Notes: generated by a model not told the origin, from the sequence alone. A stretch of DNA of 43,901 nt from Candidatus Micrarchaeota archaeon (GCA_030040265.1 JASHUB010000069.1:1-43901), one strand, 5' to 3'. Positions 9,807-19,170 are shown, counted from the stretch's first letter. Program-made: numbers and translations.

Positions 9807-10087
9807 ACTTTGCACCCTGCAAGAACCTATGCAAGTCAATGTTTTTATAGCGTGTGTACGGGCCAAAAACCGAAGAGTTCGTCAGGATTTATATATCTGC
9901 AAAAGCAACCTGTTATCGGCGTTTAGAGCATATTCTTATAATCTTCCCACTCTCTAAACGTCTCCTACTCAACTCGGCATTCCACAACCCGGCAGGCATT
10001 GGAAACAGCTTAAAAGCTTGGCGTCGGGTCTATTAACGGGATACTGGTTATTAAGGCTATCCCGGCAATATATAGTGTGATACTCTT

Positions 10088-12139
10088 ATGCAGAAGTTTA
10101 AGTCGACAAACGACATACAGATCCCTGACAGGATCATAGACCAGGTAATAGGGCAGGAGAACGCCGCCAACATAATAAAGAAGGCTGCAAAGCAGCACAG
10201 GAACATTCTACTTATAGGAGAGCCTGGGACCGGAAAGACCATGCTCGCGCAGGCCATGGCGCAGCTGCTGCCTGCTACGGATCTTGAGGACGTCCTTGTC
10301 TACAGGAACGTGAACGACGAGAACAAGCCGATAGTGAAGACCGTCAAGACGTATCCGAAGCCTCCGGAGGCGGGCAAGCCGGCCGGTGACGGGCAGGGAA
10401 GGCAGATAATCCAGAAGGAGAAGCTCAGGTCGAAGATAGACAGCGGCTCAGGAAGGAACAACATCACCCCGATAGTGATCATCCTAGTAATAATCATACT
10501 CATAGTCTCATTCTCCGGAATATTCGGAGGGAACCAGCTCATCCTGCTCGCGGCGCTCATACTGGGAGTGCTGATATTCGGCTCGATGGCGCTCTTCGTC
10601 ACCGGCTTCAGGAGAGCCGGCGTCATTCCGGGGATGTTCGACACAAGCGAACCTAAGCTCATCGTTGACAACACGGGAAGAGACAGCGCACCGTTCGTGG
10701 ACGGCACCGGTTCGAGGGCCGGGGCGCTCTTCGGAGACGTTAAGCACGACCCGCTGCAGTCTGGCGGCCTCGGGACTCCGCCGCACCTCAGAGTGGAGAG
10801 CGGAGCGGTGCACAGGGCAAACCACGGCGTGCTGTACGTCGATGAGGTCGCGTCGCTCGAGCCTAGGTCGCAGCAGGAGCTTCTGACCGCACTGCAGGAG
10901 AAGAAATATTCGATAACCGGCCAGAGCGAACTTAGCTCTGGTGCAATCGTAAGGACCGAGCCGGTGCCTTGCGACTTCATACTCGTTGCCGCGGGGAACG
11001 TGCAGGACCTGCAGAAGATGCACCCTGCGCTCCGTTCAAGGATACGCGGATACGGATATGAAGTCTACATGGACTCCTCGATGCCTGACACGCAATCCAA
11101 TGTTGACAAACTACTCCGGTTCATAGCGCAGGAGGTGAGGAAGGACGGCAGGATACCTCCATTCGACTACGATGCCGCAATGGAGATCGTGGAGGAGTCG
11201 AGAAGGAGGAGCGGCAGGAAGAACAGGTTGTCGCTGATACTCAGGGACTTGGGAGGCCTGGTCAGGGCCGCGGGAGACGTCGCGAAGGAACGCGGGCACT
11301 CGCTTGTTACTCGGGACGACGTCAAGGCGGCGATGGCATTCGCGAAGCCGATAGAGGCGCAGTTCGTAGACCAGTCGCTCGAATACAAGAAGGACTACAA
11401 GGTCTTCGCAACAAGAGGGTTCGCGATAGGGAAGGTCAACGGGCTCGCGGTCATCGGCACGTCGCACCTGTCAACAGGAGTCATCATACCGATAGTAGCG
11501 GAAGTCACGCCGGCGAGCTCCCGAGCTGAAGGCAAGCTCATAGCAACGGGCAAGCTCGGCAAGATCGCGCAGGAGGCCGTGAAGAACATCAGCGCAGTCA
11601 TCAAGAGGCACATGAACAGGGACGTAGCAAGCTACGACGTTCACGTGCAGTTCCTCCAGACATACGAAGGCGTGGAGGGCGACAGCGCATCAATCTCAGT
11701 AGCGGTCAGCGTCATATCCGCGATGGAGGGCATACCGATAGACCAGGAAGTGGCCATGACAGGTTCGCTCTCGGTGAGGGGAGATGTGCTGCCTGTGGGC
11801 GGCGTGACCAACAAGGTCAAGGCTGCGATAGAGAGCGGTATGAAGATAGTCATAATACCAAAGGCGAACGAGAAGGACGTCTACATAGACAAGACCGAGC
11901 TGAAGAAGATACGGATCGTGCCGGTCAGGAACATCGCCGAAGTCCTAGAGGTGGCGCTCAAGAAGAGCCCGAGGAGAGACGCAATAATTAAGGAACTTAA
12001 GCAATACATAACAAAGGACAGCCAGGAGAAACCGCCGCTGGTGATAGCGCCGAAGGAAGGCAGGGAAGACGGCCAGGAAGAAAAGGTGATCAGATCGCAA
12101 AGAAGGAGAACGACGCAAAGAAGAAGATCGAAGGGCTAG
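10088..12139 (+). CDS. lonB: Archaeal membrane-anchored Lon protease (LonB)
   Basis: Walker A GEPGTGKT. Two TM helices inserted in the AAA+ module ([15 protein letters not shown]..., [21 protein letters not shown]). Walker B VLYVDE. The C-terminal Lon protease domain has GDSASISVA (catalytic Ser) and GGVTNKV. Confidence 0.92.
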   Translation: MQKFKSTNDIQIPDRIIDQVIGQENAANIIKKAAKQHRNILLIGEPGTGKTMLAQAMAQLLPATDLEDVLVYRNVNDENKPIVKTVKTYPKPPEAGKPAGDGQGRQIIQKEKLRSKIDSGSGRNNITPIVIILVIIILIVSFSGIFGGNQLILLAALILGVLIFGSMALFVTGFRRAGVIPGMFDTSEPKLIVDNTGRDSAPFVDGTGSRAGALFGDVKHDPLQSGGLGTPPHLRVESGAVHRANHGVLYVDEVASLEPRSQQELLTALQEKKYSITGQSELSSGAIVRTEPVPCDFILVAAGNVQDLQKMHPALRSRIRGYGYEVYMDSSMPDTQSNVDKLLRFIAQEVRKDGRIPPFDYDAAMEIVEESRRRSGRKNRLSLILRDLGGLVRAAGDVAKERGHSLVTRDDVKAAMAFAKPIEAQFVDQSLEYKKDYKVFATRGFAIGKVNGLAVIGTSHLSTGVIIPIVAEVTPASSRAEGKLIATGKLGKIAQEAVKNISAVIKRHMNRDVASYDVHVQFLQTYEGVEGDSASISVAVSVISAMEGIPIDQEVAMTGSLSVRGDVLPVGGVTNKVKAAIESGMKIVIIPKANEKDVYIDKTELKKIRIVPVRNIAEVLEVALKKSPRRDAIIKELKQYITKDSQEKPPLVIAPKEGREDGQEEKVIRSQRRRTTQRRRSKG

Positions 12140-12150
12140 GCTCGACGATA

Positions 12151-13197
12151 GTGACCGAGATAAAGTCGGGCAAGAACCCGAAGTTCGTCACCATAGCCAG
12201 GACAAGGTCCAACATAACGTTCAACAAGAAGGAGGGCTACCTCGACCTGGGCCGCGCGACGGAGGAGAGGACCTTCATCAACGTCTCGCAGTCCAAGAAG
12301 TTCATGCAGACCGTGGCGATAGCGGCGAAGTGCCACAAGTTCCTGTCCGAGAACCTGCACACCACGATAAGAGGGTTATACTACCAGCTCAAGTTCTCAC
12401 TCGGCGAGGACGTGGATGAGAGCATCTTCGGGGAGCAGACCGAATCGAACCCCCTAATCGAAGACCTGGAGGTGTCGCTGGGCGTTAAGAGAGAGGATCT
12501 GAACCTCAACGCGAATAGGAAGGGAGTGCTCGCAGGCAACATGAAGGTCGTGGACAGGTTCGGGAACGAGCGCGTTGAGATAGACTGCACCAAGCAGGGC
12601 AGGAGCGGCTGGAACATACCGAGCGACGTGGACAACGACATGGAGTTCATTAACGTCAAGGCGAAGTACGTGCTTGTAGTTGAGAAGGACGCGCTGTGGC
12701 AGAGGCTCAACGAGGACGGATTCTGGAAGAAGGAGAACTGCATACTCATAAGCCCGCAGGGACAGGCGTCCAGAGGTACGCGAAGGATAATCAGGAAGCT
12801 TGCCGACACGGGCCTGCCGATATACGTGTTCACCGACTCAGATGCGTGGGGATGGTACATCTACTGGACGATAAAGACAGGCAGCATAAACCTTGCGTAC
12901 ATAGGCAGCGACGTCGCGACGCCGGAGGCGAGGTTCATAGGCGTCACCATGTCTGACCTGGACCGGTATGAGTTCCTGAACAAGCTGACGATAAACGCGA
13001 GCGACGTTGACCTGAAGAGGGCGCAGGAGATGCTAGAGTACCCGTGGATAAAGCAGCACAAGGAGTGGGTCACGGAGCTGGAGCGGATGATCAAGAGCAA
13101 GAAGAAGCTTGAGCAGGACGCGCTGCAGGGGCCGAGGCTCACTTTCGTTGACGATTACATCAAAGAGAAGATCGAGAAGAAGGCGTACCTGCCTTAG
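12151..13197 (+). CDS. top6A: DNA topoisomerase VI subunit A (Spo11 family)
   Basis: IRGLYYQLK catalytic Tyr region. TOPRIM VVEKDALW and FTDSDAWGWYIY. GTG start 12 nt after the lon stop. Confidence 0.9.
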   Translation: MTEIKSGKNPKFVTIARTRSNITFNKKEGYLDLGRATEERTFINVSQSKKFMQTVAIAAKCHKFLSENLHTTIRGLYYQLKFSLGEDVDESIFGEQTESNPLIEDLEVSLGVKREDLNLNANRKGVLAGNMKVVDRFGNERVEIDCTKQGRSGWNIPSDVDNDMEFINVKAKYVLVVEKDALWQRLNEDGFWKKENCILISPQGQASRGTRRIIRKLADTGLPIYVFTDSDAWGWYIYWTIKTGSINLAYIGSDVATPEARFIGVTMSDLDRYEFLNKLTINASDVDLKRAQEMLEYPWIKQHKEWVTELERMIKSKKKLEQDALQGPRLTFVDDYIKEKIEKKAYLP

Positions 13198-13207
13198 TGC
13201 ACCATGC

Positions 13208-13873
13208 ATGACGGCTACGCACAGCTGTGATTGGATGGATAAGAAAGAGCTCGTTAAGCAGATAATGAATGGCAAGAGCAAGTGGCACAATCTGGGCGGG
13301 GTGGATCTCAGGCGGGTGCGGCTGCCAAACTCCAATCTCAAGGGTTCTAACTTGGGTGGCGCGAACCTATCCGAAGCAAACCTCAAGTCTGCATACCTGC
13401 GTGCAGCTAACTTCGGTGGAGCAGACCTGGGTTATGCGAACCTGTCAAAGGCTGACATGCAGTGCGCATGTTTCGGTGGTGCAAACATGGGCTACACCAA
13501 TTTTTCCAGTGCAGACCTGCGCGGCGCTAACATGAGCGGTGCGTACTTAGGATATGCAAATCTCTCGAACGCGAACCTTCAGGACGCCTACATGTGGGGT
13601 GCATACCTCAAGGGCGCAAACCTCAGGAGAGCTAACCTCCGCAACGCATACTTCAAAGGAGCTAACTTCAAGAGTGCAGACCTGCGCGGCGCTGTTGTGG
13701 GCAACACAGACTTCCGCGGGGCAAGCTTCGAAAACGCCCTGATAAGCAGGGCGCAAGCAGCAACTCTGCTCATCACATTAAGCCTAACAAAGACTGACAA
13801 TGTGAAGACACTAGTCCGCACTGGTCAGGCATTCAAATTGCTCAAGCATGAGCTCGGTGCCAGGGTGGTGTAG
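13208..13873 (+). CDS. Pentapeptide-repeat protein
   Basis: About 30 consecutive A(D/N)LxG-type pentapeptides (ANLSEANLKSAYLRAANFGGADLGYANLSKADM...). Starts 11 nt after the top6A stop on the same strand. Alternative start ATG at 13235. Confidence 0.85.
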   Translation: MTATHSCDWMDKKELVKQIMNGKSKWHNLGGVDLRRVRLPNSNLKGSNLGGANLSEANLKSAYLRAANFGGADLGYANLSKADMQCACFGGANMGYTNFSSADLRGANMSGAYLGYANLSNANLQDAYMWGAYLKGANLRRANLRNAYFKGANFKSADLRGAVVGNTDFRGASFENALISRAQAATLLITLSLTKTDNVKTLVRTGQAFKLLKHELGARVV

Positions 13874-13907
13874 CAAGCAGTGTCGACCTTAAGGGGGCGT
13901 GCCTTCC

Positions 13908-14360
13908 TTAATGGAATCTGTCAAAAGCTTTGAACGTCTTAAGCCTTTTCTTGCTACCATCGTATTTTGCGCCTAAGAATGCATTTAGGATTTGCCCTAC
14001 TTCCCCTTTTTCGGAATTCCAACCAACAAGGCAGAGCACATTGCAGTTGTCATAAACCCTGGACCATTCTGCAATCTTCGGCGAAGTGGCAAGACAGGCA
14101 CGTATGCCTGCAAATCGGTTTGCGCCCATGTCCATACCGATGCCAGTGCCGCAAGAGAGAATCCCTAGGTTTCCTTTTCTCTGCAGTACTTTCTTTGTGA
14201 CAGATGGGATTAGGTCCTCTAATCTCATGTCATCGCCTGATGCTTTAACGCCAAGATTCTCGTACTTCACGCCGTGCGATTTTAGGAAACGTTCTACGAA
14301 CCCGATTGCTTTGTAACCATGGTGGTCTGCGGCTATGTAAACCATGCCTACTTTTACCAT
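13908..14360 (-). CDS. rpiB: Ribose-5-phosphate isomerase B (RpiB/LacAB family)
   Basis: IAADHHGY, GILSCGTGIGMDMGANRFAGIRA, NCNVLCLVG. 150 aa. Confidence 0.88.
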   Translation of the reverse strand: MVKVGMVYIAADHHGYKAIGFVERFLKSHGVKYENLGVKASGDDMRLEDLIPSVTKKVLQRKGNLGILSCGTGIGMDMGANRFAGIRACLATSPKIAEWSRVYDNCNVLCLVGWNSEKGEVGQILNAFLGAKYDGSKKRLKTFKAFDRFH

Positions 14361-15676
14361 GGCAGGGTCCCCAGTTCCGCGAGTCCTATCTTCTGGAGCG
14401 CCTTCGCCGGTTCCTCGTAGTAGTCCCTGCAGAACTCGTTTATCCCCTTCAGGTCCCTGACGCCCAGCTTGTTCAGCCGTTCCAGTATCCTGCCCCTCCT
14501 CTGCTCCTCTATCACTATCTCGCTAGGCGGGTATCCGGTCAGCCTGGCAAGTGTGTCCCTGTAGGTGACGCTAGGCAGAATCTGCGATCCCTTGTGGGTC
14601 TTGTAATCGTATGTGTAAAGGTCCGAAAGGAGCACCTGCGTCTCTATGCCGGATATCTCTGTGACCTGCGTTATCTTTCTCGCCGGCTTTCCGTTCTCGT
14701 ACACCTGCGAGACCACGATTATCGAGTCTATGAGCGGAATTATGTCCATCTCCACATCCATAGGAGTGTGCTGCAATCTCGTTATCACATCCCTCGAATT
14801 GCTGGCGTGTATCGTGCCCATGGATATCTTCCCGATGTTCATTGCGGTCATCATGTCCTTCGCTTCGGGTCCTCGAACCTCTCCGATTATTATCATATCA
14901 GGGCGCATCCTCAATGAGTTCTTGACCAGATCTTCGAGCGTCAGATCTGAGCTTGTCTCGAGCCTGACTGTGTTCTCCTGCGTGACGGTGTTGAGCTCGT
15001 AGGTCTCCTCTATGACGACTATCCTTTGCTCAGGCCTGAAGAAGCTGAACATTGCGTTGAGCAGCGTGGTCTTTCCGCTGGCAGGCATTCCGCCTATCAG
15101 CAGGTTCGCAGGTCTTACCTTCAGACCCTCGGTGTAGAGCCAGAGCCTTCCTGCCAGGTTGTAGCTCATCTCCCCGAGGTTTATCAGGTCTATGATGCTG
15201 AGCGCCCTGGGCTTGAAGTTCCTTATCGTTATGTCGGGCCCCATCGGCGAAGCGACCACGTTTGCCCTCGAGCCGTTCGGCAGGTGGATGTCAGATATCT
15301 TCCTGTTCTCCGCGAGGCTGGTCTCGTACATCTTGAGCTTTCTGACCAGCATGTCCAGGTCCGATCTCTTATCCACCCTTTCCGGCACCTTGATCTGGCC
15401 GCCGTTCGTGGCATAGACGAAGACGTTGGTCGTGTTGTTGACCATTATGTCCTCTACGTTCTCGGCGTACAGGTACTTGTCGAGCACCCCGAACGTCTTG
15501 CTGTCCTTTATCAGCCTAGCTATCTCCTCGCTGGATGTGTTGGCATTGACGCCCTTGGCTATAGCCTCTATGTATAGCTCGAGCTCGTTGGCCTCGGAGA
15601 ATGTTGAGAGTTTGCCTTCCAGTTTGTCGAAGACCTCCCTCTCGAAAAGGTAGAACTCCTCCTCATCCATGGTCAT
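14354..15676 (-). CDS. Type II/IV secretion-family ATPase (archaeal FlaI/PilB/VirB11-like)
   Basis: Walker A GGMPASGKTTLLNA. Asp/His boxes (IVVIEETYEL; IIIGEVRG; GTIHASN). 440 aa. Its stop overlaps the rpiB start by 7 nt. Confidence 0.85.
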   Translation of the reverse strand: MTMDEEEFYLFEREVFDKLEGKLSTFSEANELELYIEAIAKGVNANTSSEEIARLIKDSKTFGVLDKYLYAENVEDIMVNNTTNVFVYATNGGQIKVPERVDKRSDLDMLVRKLKMYETSLAENRKISDIHLPNGSRANVVASPMGPDITIRNFKPRALSIIDLINLGEMSYNLAGRLWLYTEGLKVRPANLLIGGMPASGKTTLLNAMFSFFRPEQRIVVIEETYELNTVTQENTVRLETSSDLTLEDLVKNSLRMRPDMIIIGEVRGPEAKDMMTAMNIGKISMGTIHASNSRDVITRLQHTPMDVEMDIIPLIDSIIVVSQVYENGKPARKITQVTEISGIETQVLLSDLYTYDYKTHKGSQILPSVTYRDTLARLTGYPPSEIVIEEQRRGRILERLNKLGVRDLKGINEFCRDYYEEPAKALQKIGLAELGTLPW

Positions 15677-15700
15677 GCCCTTAGACTATAACGATGTAAG

Positions 15701-15710
15701 ATTTAAATAT
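15701..15710 (+). promoter_or_regulatory. TATA-like box upstream of the hypothetical gene at 15744
   Basis: atttaaatat lies 34-43 nt upstream of the ATG at 15744, in the short divergent spacer shared with the ATPase gene. Confidence 0.35.
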
Positions 15711-15743
15711 GCAGTATACAAAAGAGTCTACATTGGTGACGTC

Positions 15744-16415
15744 ATGGGACCAGCATTACAAATCAGGGGAGAGCGGAGGGCTTTGACCCCGAAGTACGAC
15801 CTCTCCGAGCTCCTTTCGTTGAGCGCAGAGAAGCCCCGGCAGCTAGTGGCGCAATTGAGGGAGAACCTGCGCGGCTTTGAGAACTGGCGGCTGACGGCGC
15901 TGCTTGAGTCCGTTAGGCAGAAGATAGGCGAACGAAGAATTGGTGTCATGCACGACAACGAACTCGGATCGCAGATGAGCGAAGAGGACAGAGCGCTGTT
16001 GCTGATCGGTGCGGTTGCTGCAGAATGCATCTCGGCTGCGAACCTCCGCGCGAAGATCTATGACAAGGCAAAAGAATTTACGTTCCTTGCGACGGATTAC
16101 TTCGCCAGGGCTGGCATGGGTGCATTCTCGAGGGCTGCGCCTTTCGCCCACACGATGCGAGTCGTGGAGCATGGTATCTCGCTCATAGAGCTCGGGAACG
16201 AGCTTGAAGGTAAAGGCGTTCTTGCCGGGGCTGTGCTGGCAGGATATGATATGAAGCTGAGCAAGAACCAGTTGACCGCGCTTGTGGGCATAGTCGAACG
16301 GCCTATTGGAGGAAGGTCGCAGATAAACGTGTTCATGCATGCGCAGCGGCCTTTCGACAGGCCTATGGTCTACACCGGCCCTGACAGGGACTTTGCACCG
16401 CTTTCAAGGCCTTGA
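15744..16415 (+). CDS. Hypothetical protein (no recognisable motif)
   Basis: Long ORF. I prefer the ATG at 15744 because atttaaatat (15701-15710) lies about 35 nt upstream. The ORF-track start at 15669 would overlap the divergent ATPase start. Confidence 0.5.
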   Translation: MGPALQIRGERRALTPKYDLSELLSLSAEKPRQLVAQLRENLRGFENWRLTALLESVRQKIGERRIGVMHDNELGSQMSEEDRALLLIGAVAAECISAANLRAKIYDKAKEFTFLATDYFARAGMGAFSRAAPFAHTMRVVEHGISLIELGNELEGKGVLAGAVLAGYDMKLSKNQLTALVGIVERPIGGRSQINVFMHAQRPFDRPMVYTGPDRDFAPLSRP

Positions 16416-16484
16416 TTGGGCGTTTAAACAGAACCCGGATAATGCTTAAATACCAGGAGAAACACTGATTATGCAGTGATCTAG

Positions 16485-16814
16485 ATGCCAAGAACGTCAG
16501 CACCAAAATCAGAAGTTAAGCCTGTAGAACGGAACACTACATTTGTACCCCTAGAAAGACGCACTCCGGAGAACCTGGTCGGAGTTATGATCGACTGGGG
16601 ACGCCACATGAACCCCGTCTCTCTTGGGATCGAGGTTAGAAGGCCGATATCGGACATGGTTCCTGCGGACCGTGAGGCACTAAAGGCAGTCGCACGAGAT
16701 GTGGCCGCAAGGGTCGAAGGGCCTTTTGCGGACAACGACCGTAGAGTGCTGCAGGAGATCCAGACAGCATGCGACACGGCAGTGCCTGGCCCTCATAACT
16801 ATTTTAATCTCTAG
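16485..16814 (+). CDS. Hypothetical small protein (109 aa)
   Basis: ATG preceded by the TATA-like gcttaaatacc (16444-16454). No recognisable family. The 3' end overlaps ftsY convergently by 4 nt. Confidence 0.4.
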   Translation: MPRTSAPKSEVKPVERNTTFVPLERRTPENLVGVMIDWGRHMNPVSLGIEVRRPISDMVPADREALKAVARDVAARVEGPFADNDRRVLQEIQTACDTAVPGPHNYFNL

Positions 16815-18013
16815 TTGTTCTCAGGCAGGATGTTGTTGACCACAAAATCCGGCCTGTAGGGCATCAGGTCAGTGTACTTCTCGCCCACTCCGAAGAATAG
16901 TATCGGAGTCTCTGTGTCGCTCAGGATCGATAGCGTGTTCCCTCCTTTTGCGTCAACGTCAAGCTTCGTCAGTATGACACCGTCAACGCCTATCGCCTTG
17001 CCGAACTCCCTGACCTGATCGAGCAGCGCATTGCCAGATATGCTCTCACCTATGAATATCCTAAGATCCGGCTTGGTGACCCTGTTTATCTTCTTCATCT
17101 CCTCCATGAGGCTCTTGTTTGTCTCTTGCCTGCCGGCAGTGTCTATCAGCACTACATCGGCATTGTGCGCCCTTGCATATGCTATGGCGTCGAACGCTAT
17201 CGATGCGGGGTCGGCGCCGTAGCCGCCCTTTATTATCGGGACGCTTATCCTGTCGGCGTGGACCGAGAGCTGCTCTATCGCAGCCGCCCTGAACGTGTCG
17301 GAAGCCGCGAGCACGCAGTTTAGTCCGTTGGACTTCATCATGGAAGCGAACTTGGCGATTGTTGTTGTCTTCCCGGCGCCGTTAGGGCCGAGGAACATTA
17401 TCTTGAGTGGCTCTCCTGTGCCGTGCCTGCTCTTGGCGAGCTGCACCACATCGGGTCCTGGCTTCTTGCTGAGGACCTCGAGGATCGACTCGCGGATTAT
17501 CTCTGTTATCTTGCCTTCTATGCCCCTGGACGGGATCGGTTTTCCGACCATGTTGGCCTGCAGCCTTGCCGCGACCTTCTCTGCAACGTCATAATTGACG
17601 TCGGACTCGAGCATCGCCATCTTGAGCTGCTCTATGAATGGCTCTACGTCCTTCTCGTTTATCTTGACCTCGCCCATCACGACGCCCTTGATCTTCGTTC
17701 CGAGCGTGACCTTCGCCTCCTTGTGCGGCTTCGGCTCAGGCTTCTTCGCCTCCGGCGCTGGCGGAGGCGTGACAGGCTCTGCGCCCTCCCTTCCGGTTCC
17801 GAGATTGTACTCGCGGTCCTGCCGCAGCATCTCCTCGGCACGCATGCGCTCCGCCATGTTCTGGATGGCGCTCTTGTGCTGCGGCGTCTCCGGTACGGCC
17901 TTCTGCGGCGCTGGCTGGTCTGCCTGCGGAGCCTGCTCCTTGAGTTCCTCTTTCTCCTTCTTCGTTACCGAATCGATAAAACTAGAGAACTTCTTCTTGA
18001 GTCCTTCGAACAT
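16811..18013 (-). CDS. ftsY: Signal recognition particle receptor FtsY
   Basis: SRP GTPase NG domain: GPNGAGKTTTIAK, DTAGR, TKLD, GVGEKYTDL. Low-complexity P/K/E-rich N-terminal region. Confidence 0.92.
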   Translation of the reverse strand: MFEGLKKKFSSFIDSVTKKEKEELKEQAPQADQPAPQKAVPETPQHKSAIQNMAERMRAEEMLRQDREYNLGTGREGAEPVTPPPAPEAKKPEPKPHKEAKVTLGTKIKGVVMGEVKINEKDVEPFIEQLKMAMLESDVNYDVAEKVAARLQANMVGKPIPSRGIEGKITEIIRESILEVLSKKPGPDVVQLAKSRHGTGEPLKIMFLGPNGAGKTTTIAKFASMMKSNGLNCVLAASDTFRAAAIEQLSVHADRISVPIIKGGYGADPASIAFDAIAYARAHNADVVLIDTAGRQETNKSLMEEMKKINRVTKPDLRIFIGESISGNALLDQVREFGKAIGVDGVILTKLDVDAKGGNTLSILSDTETPILFFGVGEKYTDLMPYRPDFVVNNILPENN

Positions 18014-18023
18014 GAGCCTTACC

Positions 18024-18452
18024 CTATCGGCCGAGCGTTTGGAGGTTGTACGATATCTCCAGCAGGTCCTTCTCGGTCTTCAGTTTCTCCTCGTTGAGCT
18101 TCTGCAGCATCGTCCTCTCGTCGGCCTCGTTCTTCCTGAAGTACTCCTTCGCGTCTGCGACGCTCTTCTCGACGATGTAACCGGCCCCGACATATGTGAG
18201 GACTTTCTTCACGCTGCCTATCTTCGCATCTATGTAAACGCCGCCCTCGAGCGCGAGCATGCCGTTGCTGTTCTCTATCTTCGACATGTGCTCCATCAGG
18301 TCGACGTTCCTGAGCAGGATGTTCTGGGCGGACACGTACAGCGATATCTCGTTGAGCAGCGCCTCGTACTTCTGCGCGTACACGTTGTACAGGTACCTGA
18401 GCTGGTCTGCCTGCTCCGCCATGTCGATGCTCGGTGGGTTGTTGTCTGCCAT
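18024..18452 (-). CDS. pfdA: Prefoldin alpha subunit
   Basis: 142 aa coiled-coil / beta-hairpin / coiled-coil with a central YVGAGYIVEKSVADAKEY motif. Sits in the conserved archaeal neighbourhood with ftsY and eif6. Confidence 0.85.
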   Translation of the reverse strand: MADNNPPSIDMAEQADQLRYLYNVYAQKYEALLNEISLYVSAQNILLRNVDLMEHMSKIENSNGMLALEGGVYIDAKIGSVKKVLTYVGAGYIVEKSVADAKEYFRKNEADERTMLQKLNEEKLKTEKDLLEISYNLQTLGR

Positions 18453-18498
18453 TGAAACACTAGTGATATTCTATTGCCGGCGATGTTTTTATAGGTTG

Positions 18499-19167
18499 CT
18501 AGAGCCCGAGGCCCTGCGACAGCCTGGCGAGCTCGAATCCTGTGGTGGCCTCTCCGACGACCATCCCCTTCGAGTTTGCGAGCGCGCACAGACCTATGCT
18601 GAGCGATCCCGTGTTCGCCGTGGACTGCGTCGTATCTATTCCGAGCCACTTCTTCGCGTCCTCCAGCTCCTCGTCAGTAGTCCTGTTGTTCAGGACCGCG
18701 CCAGCGTTGGTGAGTATGTTGCTCGCGCCAACTGTGGTGAAGCCGCCGAATGCTGCCCGGACCACCTCGACGCCGAGCACGTCGCGTATGACCTTCTCCT
18801 CCTTGTCGCTGTATTCTGGGTTTATTATCGCAATCTTGTCGTTGACAAGGATGTTGTTCCCGAGCGCATTGAGATCCGTGTGCATCCTGTGCACGTTGAA
18901 GCCAGGCATCGCCGCCTTGAGCCTGTGGAACTCCTCTTCGTGCATCAGCTCTGGCAGTATTATTCCGTTGGAGTTGCCGGCCGTGTATATGCCGAGCAGG
19001 TCAGAGCCGTCGATGGACGTCTTTATCGGCTGCACCGAGAGGGTCTTGCTGAGAAGCTCCTCCTTGTGCTCGGTCACGTTCAATCCAAGAAGAATGAATC
19101 GTTCGGTCACGGTCGCGAACGCGCCGATGTAATCGTTGCCGTTCAGGCTGGTCTTGACGACTCCCAT
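18499..19167 (-). CDS. eif6: Translation initiation factor 6 (aIF6)
   Basis: 222 aa pentein-repeat pattern (NDYIGAFATVTE, GIYTAGNSNGIILP, GASNILTNAGAVL, SIGLCALANSKG). Confidence 0.9.
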   Translation of the reverse strand: MGVVKTSLNGNDYIGAFATVTERFILLGLNVTEHKEELLSKTLSVQPIKTSIDGSDLLGIYTAGNSNGIILPELMHEEEFHRLKAAMPGFNVHRMHTDLNALGNNILVNDKIAIINPEYSDKEEKVIRDVLGVEVVRAAFGGFTTVGASNILTNAGAVLNNRTTDEELEDAKKWLGIDTTQSTANTGSLSIGLCALANSKGMVVGEATTGFELARLSQGLGL

Positions 19168-19170
19168 GGC

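Noticed and set aside
8724-9866. Possible tryptophanyl-tRNA synthetase (class Ic, similar size).
   Set aside because: The motif order and sequence (GFEPSG..IH.G, LAD..A..N, YP.MQV.DI, GMDQRK, AYCP) follow archaeal TyrRS rather than TrpRS.
9069-9926. 285-aa plus-strand ORF, plus several others, overlapping tyrS.
   Set aside because: It is antisense to a gene collinear with archaeal TyrRS and has no recognisable domain.
13269-13821. Several 60-90-aa ORFs on both strands inside the pentapeptide-repeat gene.
   Set aside because: These are alternative-frame artefacts of the internally repetitive nucleotide sequence. Only the 13208/13235 frame gives a regular pentapeptide pattern.
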